Below are positions 37,466-46,887 of a DNA stretch of 64,000 bases, one piece after another. Position 1 is the first letter of the stretch. Each line of letters begins with the position of its first letter. Source of the DNA: Alphaproteobacteria bacterium (lineage in GTDB: Bacteria > Pseudomonadota > Alphaproteobacteria > TMED109); NCBI GenBank assembly GCA_022819905.1, contig JAJEGJ010000052.1, positions 23,272-87,271 on the forward strand. Direction: 5' to 3'. The translations under genes were made by a program, and so were the position numbers. The notes under the pieces are model-generated. The model was not told the DNA's origin, searched no databases, and saw only the letters and a list, made by a program, of their open reading frames with translations.

Positions 37466-38719
37466 TTATTGCGCCTGCTCGTTCGGGCGGAGGCGCAGTC
37501 GAACGAGACGCGCTCCGTCCTTCCGCAGGACCTGCACCGCAAATCCGGGCACCTGCACCTCGGCTCCCTCTTCCGGAAGTTCCTCGGCTTCATCGATCAC
37601 GAGACCGGCGATCGTCGGTGCTCCGTCCGTGGGAAGCTGCCAGTCGTAGCGCCGGTTGAGGTCGCGCACCGACGTGTCGCCCGGCACGATCACACTCTGG
37701 TCCGTCTCCGGCTGCGGGAGCGTCCGTACCGGATCGAATTCATCCGGAATGTCGCCCACGATGTCCTCGAGTATGTCTTTCAGGGTTACCAGGCCTTCCA
37801 ACGCCCCGTACTCGTCGACCACCAGGGCCATGGGGGTTTGCCGGGCACGAAACGAATCCAGCTGGTGAGCGAGCGTGGCGACGTCCGGCACGTACCACGG
37901 TTCATCCAGCACTTCGCGGATCTCGATGGATTTGGCTCCTCCCATCTCCTGAATCCGCATGAAGAGTTTGCGTGCGTGCAGGATGCCGATGATGTTCTCC
38001 CGTTCGTCCTCCCAGACCGGGTAACGGGTGTACGGGTTCCTGAGGACCTCGGACGCGAGGACGTCTGTCGGCTGCGAAGCGTCCAGCGTCAGCATCCGGA
38101 CCCGCGGCACCATCACGCTTCGCACCGTCACGTGGTCGAGATCGAGCACGCTCCGCAGCATGTTGCGGTCGCGACGACGAACCCCCGCCGTTGCAGCAAG
38201 TTCGATCGCGCCGCGGAGTTCCTCCCGTGCCGTCCGGCCGGCCGACGCGGCGCGGCCCAGCCGACCGCCGAGCCGGAACACCGCCCCGACCACCATCGTC
38301 AACGGCGTCAGCAGCGTTACGAGCGGCGCCACCGGAATCGCCACCCATGGGGCGATACGGTCAGCGTGGCGGATCGCGATGGTCTTCGGGAGGATTTCCG
38401 CGAACACCAAGACCAGCAACGTCATCACGACGGTCGCGTACAGCACGCCGGCTCCGCCAAACCGCTCGATCAGGGCCCGGGTGGCCAGGGCAGACGCCAG
38501 AATATTGACCAGGTTGTTGCCGAGCAGGATGGCGCTGATCATCTGCTCGCGGCGGTCGAGCAGGCGCTGCACCCTGAGCGCCCGTCGGTCACCGCGCGCG
38601 GCGTGGAGGTGTATCCAGGGACGCGATGCCGCCGTCAGGGCGGTTTCGGACCCGGAAAAGAACGCGGAAAGCAGCAGCAGGCCGCCGATGGCGGCAAGGT
38701 CTATCGGAAGCGGGTTCAA
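37466..38719 (-). CDS. HlyC/CorC-family transporter (CNNM/DUF21 TM domain, CBS pair, CorC_HlyC domain)
   Basis: A TTG at 38719 gives MNPLPIDLAAIGGLLLLSAFFSGSETA, the typical DUF21 N-terminus, and 417 aa. The upstream part of track ORF ..39037 lies out of frame over aroB. CBS and C-terminal transporter-associated regions are present. Confidence 0.85.
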   Translation of the reverse strand: MNPLPIDLAAIGGLLLLSAFFSGSETALTAASRPWIHLHAARGDRRALRVQRLLDRREQMISAILLGNNLVNILASALATRALIERFGGAGVLYATVVMTLLVLVFAEILPKTIAIRHADRIAPWVAIPVAPLVTLLTPLTMVVGAVFRLGGRLGRAASAGRTAREELRGAIELAATAGVRRRDRNMLRSVLDLDHVTVRSVMVPRVRMLTLDASQPTDVLASEVLRNPYTRYPVWEDERENIIGILHARKLFMRIQEMGGAKSIEIREVLDEPWYVPDVATLAHQLDSFRARQTPMALVVDEYGALEGLVTLKDILEDIVGDIPDEFDPVRTLPQPETDQSVIVPGDTSVRDLNRRYDWQLPTDGAPTIAGLVIDEAEELPEEGAEVQVPGFAVQVLRKDGARLVRLRLRPNEQAQ

Positions 38720-38753
38720 GCGTTGGTCCTGAAGGTGGAAGCGGCGGTGCCGG

Positions 38754-39875
38754 TCAATTCTCTGACTCCGCGTGCAGAAAGGCGGCAATGTCGTCACGGC
38801 TGCAGTCCGGCGCCACAAAGGCGTCGCCGATCGCCCTGGCCAGGACCAGCGGCATCTTGTCATCGCTTCGGATCTTCTTGTCCGACTGCATCTGCCGGAC
38901 CGCCGTGTCGGCCGACCAGGGTCGGCCGAGTGCCTGCCGCGGCGACGTCGGCAATCCCACCGCTGCCAGGTGTCGCGCAATCCGGTCCGCCGTGCCCGCG
39001 GCGGCGTGTCCGCGCCGCTCCGAATACCGGAAGGCAAGGACGCAGCCTACCGCCACCGCCTCGCCGTGGCGCAGCGTTCCATCCATTCCGGCTTCAGCCT
39101 CGAGCGCGTGCCCGAACGTGTGGCCCAGGTTGAGCAGGGCACGTCCGCCGTGCTCGCGCTCGTCGTCCGCGACCACCTGCGCCTTGATCCGGCAGCAGCG
39201 CTCGACCGCGGTCGTGCGCAGGTCTTCGTCGCCGGCCAGCAGCGCCTCGCCGTGGCGTTCCAGCCAGCCGAACAGCTCGGCGTCGCCGAGCAGGCCGTAC
39301 TTCACCACTTCCCCGTAGCCCGCGCGAAGCTCGCGGCCGGGCAGCGTCCGGAGGGTCGCGATATCGGCGAGGACGAGGCGGGGCTGATGGAACACCCCCA
39401 GCAGGTTCTTCCCCGCCCGGGTGTTGATCGCCGTCTTGCCGCCCACCGAACTGTCCACCTGGGCCAGCAGCGTGGTCGGAGCCTGCACCAACGCCACCCC
39501 GCGCAACACGGTTCCCGCCGCGAACCCGGCCAGGTCGCCGACGCACCCGCCGCCCACCGCGTAGACGCTGCAGTCGCGCCGGATTTCAGCCGCCAGCATT
39601 CGCTCGACCAGATGTTCGAACGAGGCATACGTCTTTGCCGGCTCACCGGATGGGACATCGAGAACGGCACGTACCGGCACGTCGGCGTCCCGGAGGGAGT
39701 CGACCACCACCGAGGCGTGGTGTTCGGCTACCTCGGGCTCGGTCACGATCAGGGCGGGTCCGAGGTCCAGTTCGCGGTGGAGCCGCCCGGCCGCGCCCAG
39801 CACGCCCGGTCCCACCGCAACCTCGTAGGCCCGATCACCCAGCGGGACGGAGACCTGAAGGTGCGGCGTGCTCAT
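38754..39875 (-). CDS. aroB: 3-dehydroquinate synthase
   Basis: 373-aa ORF. GGGCVGDLAGFAAGTVLRGV..VQAPTTLLAQVDSSVGGKTAIN and LNLGHTFGHALE are AroB signatures. Confidence 0.93.
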   Translation of the reverse strand: MSTPHLQVSVPLGDRAYEVAVGPGVLGAAGRLHRELDLGPALIVTEPEVAEHHASVVVDSLRDADVPVRAVLDVPSGEPAKTYASFEHLVERMLAAEIRRDCSVYAVGGGCVGDLAGFAAGTVLRGVALVQAPTTLLAQVDSSVGGKTAINTRAGKNLLGVFHQPRLVLADIATLRTLPGRELRAGYGEVVKYGLLGDAELFGWLERHGEALLAGDEDLRTTAVERCCRIKAQVVADDEREHGGRALLNLGHTFGHALEAEAGMDGTLRHGEAVAVGCVLAFRYSERRGHAAAGTADRIARHLAAVGLPTSPRQALGRPWSADTAVRQMQSDKKIRSDDKMPLVLARAIGDAFVAPDCSRDDIAAFLHAESEN

Positions 39876-40513
39876 GCGGTGACCGCGGCGATGGCCGCGA
39901 GTGTCCGGCGGACCGTCACGGCATGCGCAACGTCTTCCGAAACGACCACGACATCCGCCTTTGCGTAGACCGGGTATCGCTTTTCCATCAGTGTCGTCAG
40001 CGCATTGCGGGTGCTGTCGCCGGCCAGCAAAGGCCGGGTGGCCGGCCGGCGGAGCCGCCCGACCAGGACGTCGAGTTCGGCGCGCAGCCAGACCGACAGC
40101 CCGGCCTGCCTGATTCGGGCCCGGTTCGCCGGGCGCAGGAACGCGCCGCCGCCGGTGGCAATGACCGCCGGAGCGCCGCCAAGCAGACGTTTGAGGACCG
40201 CTTCCTCCATTTGCCGAAAGGCGGCCTCGCCATCACGCGCGAAGATGTCCGAGATCGTCTGCCCGGCCTCCGCCTCCACCACCGTGTCACTGTCGGCGAA
40301 CGGCCGACCGAGTGTGTCGGCCAGTCGCCGACCAATGGCGGATTTTCCGGCCCCCATCAACCCCACGAGCACCAAGTGTCGACGACCGAGCACCTGCGAT
40401 GCGGCACGGGCATCCGAATCATCGCCCAACGCGTGTGCGCTCCCAGTCTCCACCGGTGACGCTCCCCATAACGATCCGGCAGGCCTGCGTGCGTCCGCCC
40501 TGCTGTGTCGCAA
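39872..40513 (-). CDS. aroK: Shikimate kinase
   Basis: LVLVGLMGAGKSAIGRRLA P-loop, followed by DSD...GE..FR..E and ATGGGAF. It overlaps the aroB start by 4 nt. The N-terminus is uncertain, and GTG 40453 is an alternative start. Confidence 0.88.
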   Translation of the reverse strand: MRHSRADARRPAGSLWGASPVETGSAHALGDDSDARAASQVLGRRHLVLVGLMGAGKSAIGRRLADTLGRPFADSDTVVEAEAGQTISDIFARDGEAAFRQMEEAVLKRLLGGAPAVIATGGGAFLRPANRARIRQAGLSVWLRAELDVLVGRLRRPATRPLLAGDSTRNALTTLMEKRYPVYAKADVVVVSEDVAHAVTVRRTLAAIAAVTA

Positions 40514-40690
40514 CAGACGGGCAGTTTACCACGCCGCAACGCGCTGCCGTCCCGGTATCAATTCGCCCGTCAAGTTCCGTACGCGGGAGCGGGAGTCAAC
40601 GCCGGTCGTTCGTCGCCGGCGGATTGCCTCTGGCCCGCACCAACTGTTCTATATTGTTGCCTCAAATTCAGGCTAGGACCAATTCGAGCG

Positions 40691-40873
40691 ATGTTTGCCG
40701 GTCAAGAACAGACTCGTTTGGAGGCGCGGCGCAGAACGCAGATTCTGACTGTGCTGTTCCTTCTGGCAATCGGCACGGTTCTGGGTACCGGAGTGTATGT
40801 GCTCCTCTCCGTCGACATCACTCCTGAACCTGCATTGGTGGAAGAGCAAATTCCTAATGATCGCTTCTTTTGA
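40691..40873 (+). CDS. Small single-pass membrane protein (60 aa), hypothetical
   Basis: The ATG at 40691 gives MFAGQEQTRLEARRRTQILTVLFLLAIGTVLGTGVYVLLSV.... It has a basic N-terminus and one clear TM helix. It overlaps the next gene's start by 17 nt. Confidence 0.45.
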   Translation: MFAGQEQTRLEARRRTQILTVLFLLAIGTVLGTGVYVLLSVDITPEPALVEEQIPNDRFF

Positions 40874-42791
40874 GCGTACTTCGCGCTTGCTGATTCGTTC
40901 CGCCGCCTGTACCGCCTGCCTCGCGCTCCTGCTGCCGGTCGTTGCGGCGGCGCAGGCGACGGACCCTGAATCCACGTTGCCTGCCGAGAGCCCGACGGAA
41001 GTTCCTGCAGACCAGCCACCTGACGCGGCCGGCGAGTCGCCGATCCAGCTCGTGCCCGACGCGCCTCCGGACGCGGCTCTCATCGAGGACGAGCCGGGTG
41101 GCGGCGATGTCGAGGTGCCGCCCGCGTTCCAGGTTCCTCAGCTGAACGAAGGCGTCATGGTCTCGGACCTGCCCACCGCCCGACCCGGTTGGTTCGGCGT
41201 GCTGACCGGCAGTGAAGGCGGCCTCGGGTGGACGATGTGGGAGGGCACCGACGCGGTACTCGCAGCGCGCCTGCTGGCCGCGGTTCCGGATGCGATCGAT
41301 TCGCCCGCCATGCGCAGCCTCACTCGCCGCCTGCTCCTGAGCCGCGCCGCAGCGCCGGAGCGGCCGCCGCAGCGCGAAATCGTCCAGCTGGGTCCCGACG
41401 GGCAGCCGATCGACACCGACACGGGAGAAGTGCCGCACTTCCTGGAGGAACGGATCCGTCTCCTGGTACGGCTGGCGGACGGGGAGGGCCTGGCCCTGCT
41501 GGCCCAGGCCGTGTCGTCGGACACGGTGGGTCCAGCCCTGGATGAGCGGGTGCTCGAAGGGCGGATCCTGGCTGGCGACGCCGAGCAAGCCTGCGCGGAA
41601 GTACGGCAGCGGCTGGCAAACCAGCCGTCCACCCGGCTCCGGCTGGCGCTCGCCGTCTGCCAGATCCAAGGGGGTGCACTGGACGCCGCGCAACTCACGC
41701 TTCAACTGCTGGAGGAAGTGCTCCCCTCCGACACCATCCTGTCGGCGCTGGCCTACGCGGTACTGGACGACAGCCCGCTGCCGGATGGGGTGGAGGTCTC
41801 CGACGACGACTACCTGGCACTCGCGCTGCTCGCGAGCGGCGGTGAAGCCCTGGTCAGGTTCCAGAATGCCGCAGGTCTGCCGGTGCTGCGGGCGATCGCC
41901 GAGACCGCTTCCGGCGACAGCGTGCGCCGGATCTATGCCGCCGAGCAGGCGGCGCGCGTCGGCGCGCTTCGAGATGGCGCCCTGGCGGAAACGTACGCCG
42001 CCGTCGAGTTCACGCCGGAGCAGCTCCGTAGCGCCGGAACCCAGGCCGACGCCCTGCATCCCGTGCTCGCCCGCGCCCTCCTGTTCCAGGCGGCGCTGAA
42101 TGCCACGACCACGATTGACCGGGCCCGGTTCCTCCGGCTGCTCTGGGACCGGGCCGACCCGGATCCAGGCTTCACGGTGATGGCTCAGGTGACCGGGGCG
42201 GTCACCGCCACCGTGAAGCCCCGGCAGGATCTCGCCTGGTTCTCGGTGGCCGCCGCCCGGGCGCTCCTTGCCGGCGACCGCCACGCAGAAGCCGAGGAGT
42301 GGGTCCGGATGCTGGCGAGTTCCGCGGACCTCGACTTCATGACGTCGGGCCAGCTCTACTCCCTGTTCCCGGCCCTGGCCCTGGCGGGCAGGCCGATACC
42401 CGAGCCGTTCGAGGTGTTCCCGCGCGAGGACGTCCGGGCCACGCTCCCGGTAACCGGATCGCCGGATGACCATGCCAACCAGCTGAGCCGGCTGCTGGTC
42501 GTGCTGGAAGCCATGGATGTGCCGGTCCCGCGAGGGTCCTGGGTGACGCTGCTCGGCGACGCCTCGGTGCGAACCACCGCCACGATCCCGAGTGCACCAG
42601 CCCGGTACCAGCTGCGGGATGCGGTGGCGAACTCGCGGACGGCGGAGACCGTGCTGTTCGTATTGTCGATCCTCGGCTCCGGCGGTCCGGCCGCCGCCGA
42701 CCCGCTGACCCTGAACGCCGCCATCCGGAGCCTGCGAGCGATCGGCCTCACCGACGATGCGCGGGCGATCGCGCTGGAGGCCGTCATCTGA
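40857..42791 (+). CDS. Secreted Ala/Leu-rich helical-repeat protein, function unknown
   Basis: The ATG at 40857 gives MIASFERTSRLLIRSAACTACLALLLPVVAAAQA, a signal peptide. It is followed by a Pro/Asp/Glu-rich linker and about 550 aa of helical sequence. I recognise no catalytic motif. Confidence 0.7.
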   Translation: MIASFERTSRLLIRSAACTACLALLLPVVAAAQATDPESTLPAESPTEVPADQPPDAAGESPIQLVPDAPPDAALIEDEPGGGDVEVPPAFQVPQLNEGVMVSDLPTARPGWFGVLTGSEGGLGWTMWEGTDAVLAARLLAAVPDAIDSPAMRSLTRRLLLSRAAAPERPPQREIVQLGPDGQPIDTDTGEVPHFLEERIRLLVRLADGEGLALLAQAVSSDTVGPALDERVLEGRILAGDAEQACAEVRQRLANQPSTRLRLALAVCQIQGGALDAAQLTLQLLEEVLPSDTILSALAYAVLDDSPLPDGVEVSDDDYLALALLASGGEALVRFQNAAGLPVLRAIAETASGDSVRRIYAAEQAARVGALRDGALAETYAAVEFTPEQLRSAGTQADALHPVLARALLFQAALNATTTIDRARFLRLLWDRADPDPGFTVMAQVTGAVTATVKPRQDLAWFSVAAARALLAGDRHAEAEEWVRMLASSADLDFMTSGQLYSLFPALALAGRPIPEPFEVFPREDVRATLPVTGSPDDHANQLSRLLVVLEAMDVPVPRGSWVTLLGDASVRTTATIPSAPARYQLRDAVANSRTAETVLFVLSILGSGGPAAADPLTLNAAIRSLRAIGLTDDARAIALEAVI

Positions 42792-42835
42792 CCGCCCTCT
42801 CGCGGGCACCGGACCGGGTTGCGCTCTTTGTCGAC

Positions 42836-43753
42836 ATGCTGGCGGCGGAGCGGCAAGCCTCACCCCATACGCAGGATGCCTACGCGCGCGACCTCCGTCG
42901 GCTGGAGCGTGCGCTGGAGGCGCGTGCGACCACTCTCGAAGCCGCGACCGCGGCCGATCTCCGGCATTACCTGGGCCTGCTCGCCGCCCGCGGCTTCGCC
43001 CGCCGCACGCAGGCACGCCACCTGTCTTCCATCCGCGAGTTCTACCGCTTCCTGCTGACCGAGGGTCTCCGCGACGACAACCCGGCCGAAACGCTGCGGT
43101 TTCCCAAGCGGGCGCGCACGTTGCCCAAGGTGCTGGACGAGGCCGAGGTGGAGCGGCTGTTCGAGACGGCGGCGGCCGACTCGAGTCCGCGCGGACTCCG
43201 CCTCCAGGCGGCCCTTGAACTCCTCTACGGCACCGGCCTCCGCGTATCGGAGTTGGTCGGAATTCCGCTCGCCGCGCTGGCGCCTGACCTCTCGGCCCTC
43301 ACCGTTGTCGGGAAAGGCAACAAGGAACGGCGATTGCCGCTTGGAGAGCCGGCCCGGGACGCGATTCGGGCGTGGCTGGAGGTCCGGGACGCCGGAAGGT
43401 CTTCCGCAGCGCCCGCCCGCTGGCTGTTTCCCTCCGGTCGCGGCCACCTCACCCGCCAACGCCTGGCCCAGTCGCTGAAGGAGCTCGCGGCCCGCGCCGG
43501 CATCGCCCCCTCCCGCATCTCGCCGCACGTGCTCCGGCATGCATTCGCGAGCCACATGCTTGCCCGGGGCGCCGATCTTCGTACCCTGCAGAAATTGCTG
43601 GGCCATGAAGACATCTCGACCGTGCAGATCTACACGCACGTCGTCGACGAGTCCGTTCGCCGTGCGCTGGCCGCTCACCCGCTGGCGCGGCAGCACGCAG
43701 CTCCGCACCGTGCCGACGGGACGACGGATGCGCGGACAAAAGGACCCCTATGA
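42836..43753 (+). CDS. xerD: Tyrosine recombinase XerD
   Basis: LAAERQASPHTQDAYARDL...LLYGTGLRVSE...HVLRHAFASHML.RGADLR.LQKLLGHEDISTVQIYTHV contains the R-H-R-Y catalytic residues. The true start may be a non-ATG codon upstream, because the frame is open back to 42788 (..DRVALFVDM). Confidence 0.9.
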   Translation: MLAAERQASPHTQDAYARDLRRLERALEARATTLEAATAADLRHYLGLLAARGFARRTQARHLSSIREFYRFLLTEGLRDDNPAETLRFPKRARTLPKVLDEAEVERLFETAAADSSPRGLRLQAALELLYGTGLRVSELVGIPLAALAPDLSALTVVGKGNKERRLPLGEPARDAIRAWLEVRDAGRSSAAPARWLFPSGRGHLTRQRLAQSLKELAARAGIAPSRISPHVLRHAFASHMLARGADLRTLQKLLGHEDISTVQIYTHVVDESVRRALAAHPLARQHAAPHRADGTTDARTKGPL

Positions 43754-44733
43754 GCTTTCGGATCGTCGAGCAGGCCACCGCCCGTTTGAACCGCAGCGAA
43801 TTGTCCGTTCCCGGCAGCCGGCCCGAATTGTTCGAGAAAGCGGCGAGGTCGGCCGCGGACATCGTGGTGCTCGACCTCGAGGACGCCGTCGCCCCGGACG
43901 ACAAGGACCAGGCCCGCAGGCACGTCGTCTCCGCCCTCAACGATGTCGACTGGGGTGACCGCGCCGTCTCGGTGCGGGTCAACGGACTCGATACCGGTTA
44001 CATGTATCGTGACGTCATCGACCTGCTCGAGCAGACCGGGGATCGGCTGGATCTGGTCATGATCCCGAAGGTCGGCAATGCTTCCGATGTCTACGCCGTG
44101 GACGTGCTGGTGTCGCAGGTCGAGCAAGCGAAGGGCCGGACCAAGCCCGTCGGTTTCGAACTGATCATTGAAACGGCGCAGGGCATGGCCAACGTGGACG
44201 AGATTGCCGCGGCGTCACCGCGAAACGAGTCGCTGCACTTCGGCGTCGCCGACTACGCAGCCTCGACCCGCGCCCGCACGACCAGCATCGGGGGGCCGCA
44301 CCCGGATTACGGCGTCCTCACCGATTTGCTGGAGGGCGAGGAACGCGCCTACCATTGGGGTGACATGTGGCACTACGCGATATCTCGGCTGGTGGTGGCA
44401 GCCAGGGCAGCTGGACTTCGCCCGATCGACGGGCCATTTGGCGATTTCTCGGATCCGCACGGCTATCGCGCGCAGGGGAACCGGTCAGGCGTGCTCGGCT
44501 GCGAAGGAAAGTGGGCCATCCATCCTTCCCAGGTACCGCTGGCCAACGAATTGTTTAGCCCGTCTGAGCAGGACGTCGCCCAGGGACGGCGAATTCTCGA
44601 GGCAATGCACAAGGCACAACGCGAAGGGGCAGGGGCGGTGGCACTCGACGGCCGAATGATCGACATCGCGTCGATCAAGCAGGCCGAGAACCTGGTCAGA
44701 AAGGCGGACCAGATCCGCGGATCGGCGGGCTGA
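43750..44733 (+). CDS. mcl: L-malyl-CoA / beta-methylmalyl-CoA lyase (HpcH/HpaI-CitE family)
   Basis: 327-aa ORF. MSFR...PGSRPELFEKAA.SAADIVVLDLEDAVAPDDK...SVRVNGLDT...RDVIDLLEQTGDRLD.VMIPKVG...GKWAIHPSQV...IDIASIKQAE closely parallels Rhodobacter Mcl1 as I recall it. Confidence 0.85.
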   Translation: MSFRIVEQATARLNRSELSVPGSRPELFEKAARSAADIVVLDLEDAVAPDDKDQARRHVVSALNDVDWGDRAVSVRVNGLDTGYMYRDVIDLLEQTGDRLDLVMIPKVGNASDVYAVDVLVSQVEQAKGRTKPVGFELIIETAQGMANVDEIAAASPRNESLHFGVADYAASTRARTTSIGGPHPDYGVLTDLLEGEERAYHWGDMWHYAISRLVVAARAAGLRPIDGPFGDFSDPHGYRAQGNRSGVLGCEGKWAIHPSQVPLANELFSPSEQDVAQGRRILEAMHKAQREGAGAVALDGRMIDIASIKQAENLVRKADQIRGSAG

Positions 44734-44744
44734 CGGCAACTCCG

Positions 44745-45692
44745 ATGCAGCACTTCCTCGACTTTGAAGGGCCGATCGCCGAACTCGAAGGCAAGATTCG
44801 CGAGCTTCGCCATCTGAGCGGCGAAAGCGACCTCAACATCGTGGAGGAAGTGGGGCGCCTGCAATCCAAGGCGCAGCTCCTCCTCCAGCAGACCTATGCC
44901 AAGCTCACGCCCTGGCAACTGACACAGGTCGCCCGGCACCCGGACCGACCGCACATGCTCGACTACGTCGAGGCGTTGATCGAAGAGTTTCAGCCGTTGG
45001 CCGGCGACCGCTGCTTCGGCGAGGACCCCGCGATGGTCGGTGGTCTCGGACGTTTCCGATCGCGTTCCGTCGTGGTGCTCGGGCACGAGAAGGGACGAGA
45101 GACCGCCGAGCGGGTGCGCCGCAACTTCGGCATGGCCAGACCGGAAGGCTATCGCAAGGCCGTGCGCCTGATGCGGCTCGCCGACCGTTTCCAGCTGCCC
45201 ATCATCAGCTTCGTCGACACTGCCGGCGCGTATCCTGGAGTCGGAGCCGAGCAACGCGGTCAGGCAGAAGCGATCGCGCAGGCGATCCGGACCTGCCTGT
45301 CCGTCGGGGTGCCCATCATCAGCGTCATCGTGGGCGAGGGCGGCTCCGGCGGCGCGGTGGCCATTGCGTCCGCCGACCGGGTCCTGATGCTCGAAAACAG
45401 CGTGTACTCGGTGATCTCTCCGGAAGGATGCGCGTCGATCCTCTGGCGCACCAACGACGAGGCCGACGCCGCTGCCGAGGCGCTCCGCCTGACCGCGGCC
45501 GACATGAAATCATTCGGCGTGGTCGATACCGTCATCCCCGAGCCTGTGGGCGGAGCCCACCGGAAGCCGGAAGCCGTCCTCAAGTCGGTGGGACAGCACC
45601 TGGAAACGGCCGTGACAGCGCTGGAGGGCAAGGACCCGCGCGCGCTGGTTGCTGCGCGCCGCAAGAAGTACATCGACTTCCGCCGCATCTAG
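44745..45692 (+). CDS. accA: Acetyl-CoA carboxylase carboxyltransferase subunit alpha
   Basis: 315-aa ORF. FVDTAGAYPGVGAEQRGQAEAIA and IGEGGSGGA-type motifs are present, with a typical N-terminal LDFE.PI.ELE.KI. Confidence 0.94.
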   Translation: MQHFLDFEGPIAELEGKIRELRHLSGESDLNIVEEVGRLQSKAQLLLQQTYAKLTPWQLTQVARHPDRPHMLDYVEALIEEFQPLAGDRCFGEDPAMVGGLGRFRSRSVVVLGHEKGRETAERVRRNFGMARPEGYRKAVRLMRLADRFQLPIISFVDTAGAYPGVGAEQRGQAEAIAQAIRTCLSVGVPIISVIVGEGGSGGAVAIASADRVLMLENSVYSVISPEGCASILWRTNDEADAAAEALRLTAADMKSFGVVDTVIPEPVGGAHRKPEAVLKSVGQHLETAVTALEGKDPRALVAARRKKYIDFRRI

Positions 45693-45722
45693 CTGCGTTT
45701 GTCCCGGCCTGGGGGCCGTCCC

Positions 45723-46886
45723 ATGCCGGTTGTCCTGCTAATCGTCGCGATCGACATGATGGGGTTCGGGATCATCATCCCGATGCTCCCGTTCTACGCG
45801 GAAAGCCACGGCGCCAACCCCCAAGAGATTGCCCTGCTGATGACGACGTTCTCAGCGGCACAGCTGGTGACCTCGCCGCTCTGGGGCGGGCTGTCCGATC
45901 GATGGGGCCGAAAACCAGTACTGCTCACGACGCTTGCCTGCGGGATCGGCGCCTATCTCCTGCTGCTGCATGCCCAGTCCCTTACCGACCTGGTCATCGC
46001 GCGCGCCGCCGCGGGCGCGATGGCCGGCAATCTGGCGGTCGCCCAGGCGTACATCGCCGATGTGACGGCCCCTGAGGACCGCACGCGAGGCATGGGGCTG
46101 TTTGGCGCCGCCCTGTCGGTCGGCTTCGTGGCCGGGCCCGCCATCGGCGGCCTGCTGGCGGGAATGGATCCCGCGACGGCGGATTTCTCGGCGCCGTTGC
46201 TCGCAGCGATCGGCGTTTCCGGCGTGGCGGTGGTGTCGGGCGCGGTCTTCATGCGCGAACCGCAGCGCCGGCAAACGCCTGAAGCGGGCCGCAACCCCGT
46301 TCGCAGGCTCCTGCCCGCCTTTGCCGGCGGGTTCTGCGGCGGCCTCGTGTTCCTCTATTTCGGCGTGACCCTCGTGTTTGCGGGCATGGAGTCGACATTC
46401 GCCCTGTGGTCGGGACGGGTGCTCCACTGGGGGCCACTCCAGAACGGCTACCTGTTTGCCGGTGCCAGCGTGCTCGGCGTCCTGGTCCAGGGTGTGCTGG
46501 TGGGACGGGTGGCCAGCCGGATCGGGAACCCGGCAACCACCGGAACCGGGATCGTGCTGTTGGCGTTCGGCATGGCCGGCATCGCGGCCAGCTCCGACCT
46601 GACGGCCCTGGTCCCGTCCATTGTCGCGCTGGTGTTCGGCCTGGGATTCGCCAATCCGGCGCTGGCTGCGCTGATCGCCGGAACCATCCGGAACAACAGC
46701 GCCGGCGCGGCGTTCGGCCTTGCGCAATCGGCGGCGGCGTTCGCCCGGATCGTCGGCCCGGCAGTAGCAGGCGCCGGTTTTCATCATGTCGGCCCGAGCT
46801 GGCCCTACATGGCGGGGGCCGTGTTTGCGGTGGTGATGGCGGCCGGAGCGTTGTGGCTGTTCAGCAGGTACGCGCCGGGAGACTGA
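45723..46886 (+). CDS. MFS transporter (TetA/TCR-like)
   Basis: The ATG at 45723 gives MPVVLLIVAIDMMGFGIIIPMLPFY. GGLSDRWGRKPVLL is MFS motif A, and there are 12 hydrophobic segments. Confidence 0.85.
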   Translation: MPVVLLIVAIDMMGFGIIIPMLPFYAESHGANPQEIALLMTTFSAAQLVTSPLWGGLSDRWGRKPVLLTTLACGIGAYLLLLHAQSLTDLVIARAAAGAMAGNLAVAQAYIADVTAPEDRTRGMGLFGAALSVGFVAGPAIGGLLAGMDPATADFSAPLLAAIGVSGVAVVSGAVFMREPQRRQTPEAGRNPVRRLLPAFAGGFCGGLVFLYFGVTLVFAGMESTFALWSGRVLHWGPLQNGYLFAGASVLGVLVQGVLVGRVASRIGNPATTGTGIVLLAFGMAGIAASSDLTALVPSIVALVFGLGFANPALAALIAGTIRNNSAGAAFGLAQSAAAFARIVGPAVAGAGFHHVGPSWPYMAGAVFAVVMAAGALWLFSRYAPGD

Positions 46887-46887
46887 C

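Noticed and set aside
40854-43016. 720-aa minus-strand ORF opposite the secreted helical protein and the xerD 5' end
   Set aside because: The composition is again Arg/Gly/Pro/Gln-rich without motifs. The plus-strand ORF has a signal peptide and a coherent helical composition, and xerD is unambiguous.
42836-43753. Tyrosine recombinase as a possible mobile-element integrase near a tRNA or accessory region
   Set aside because: The sequence and context (aroK-aroB side, accA side) are those of the chromosomal dimer resolvase XerD. I see no flanking repeats, phage or transposon genes, or att-like duplications.
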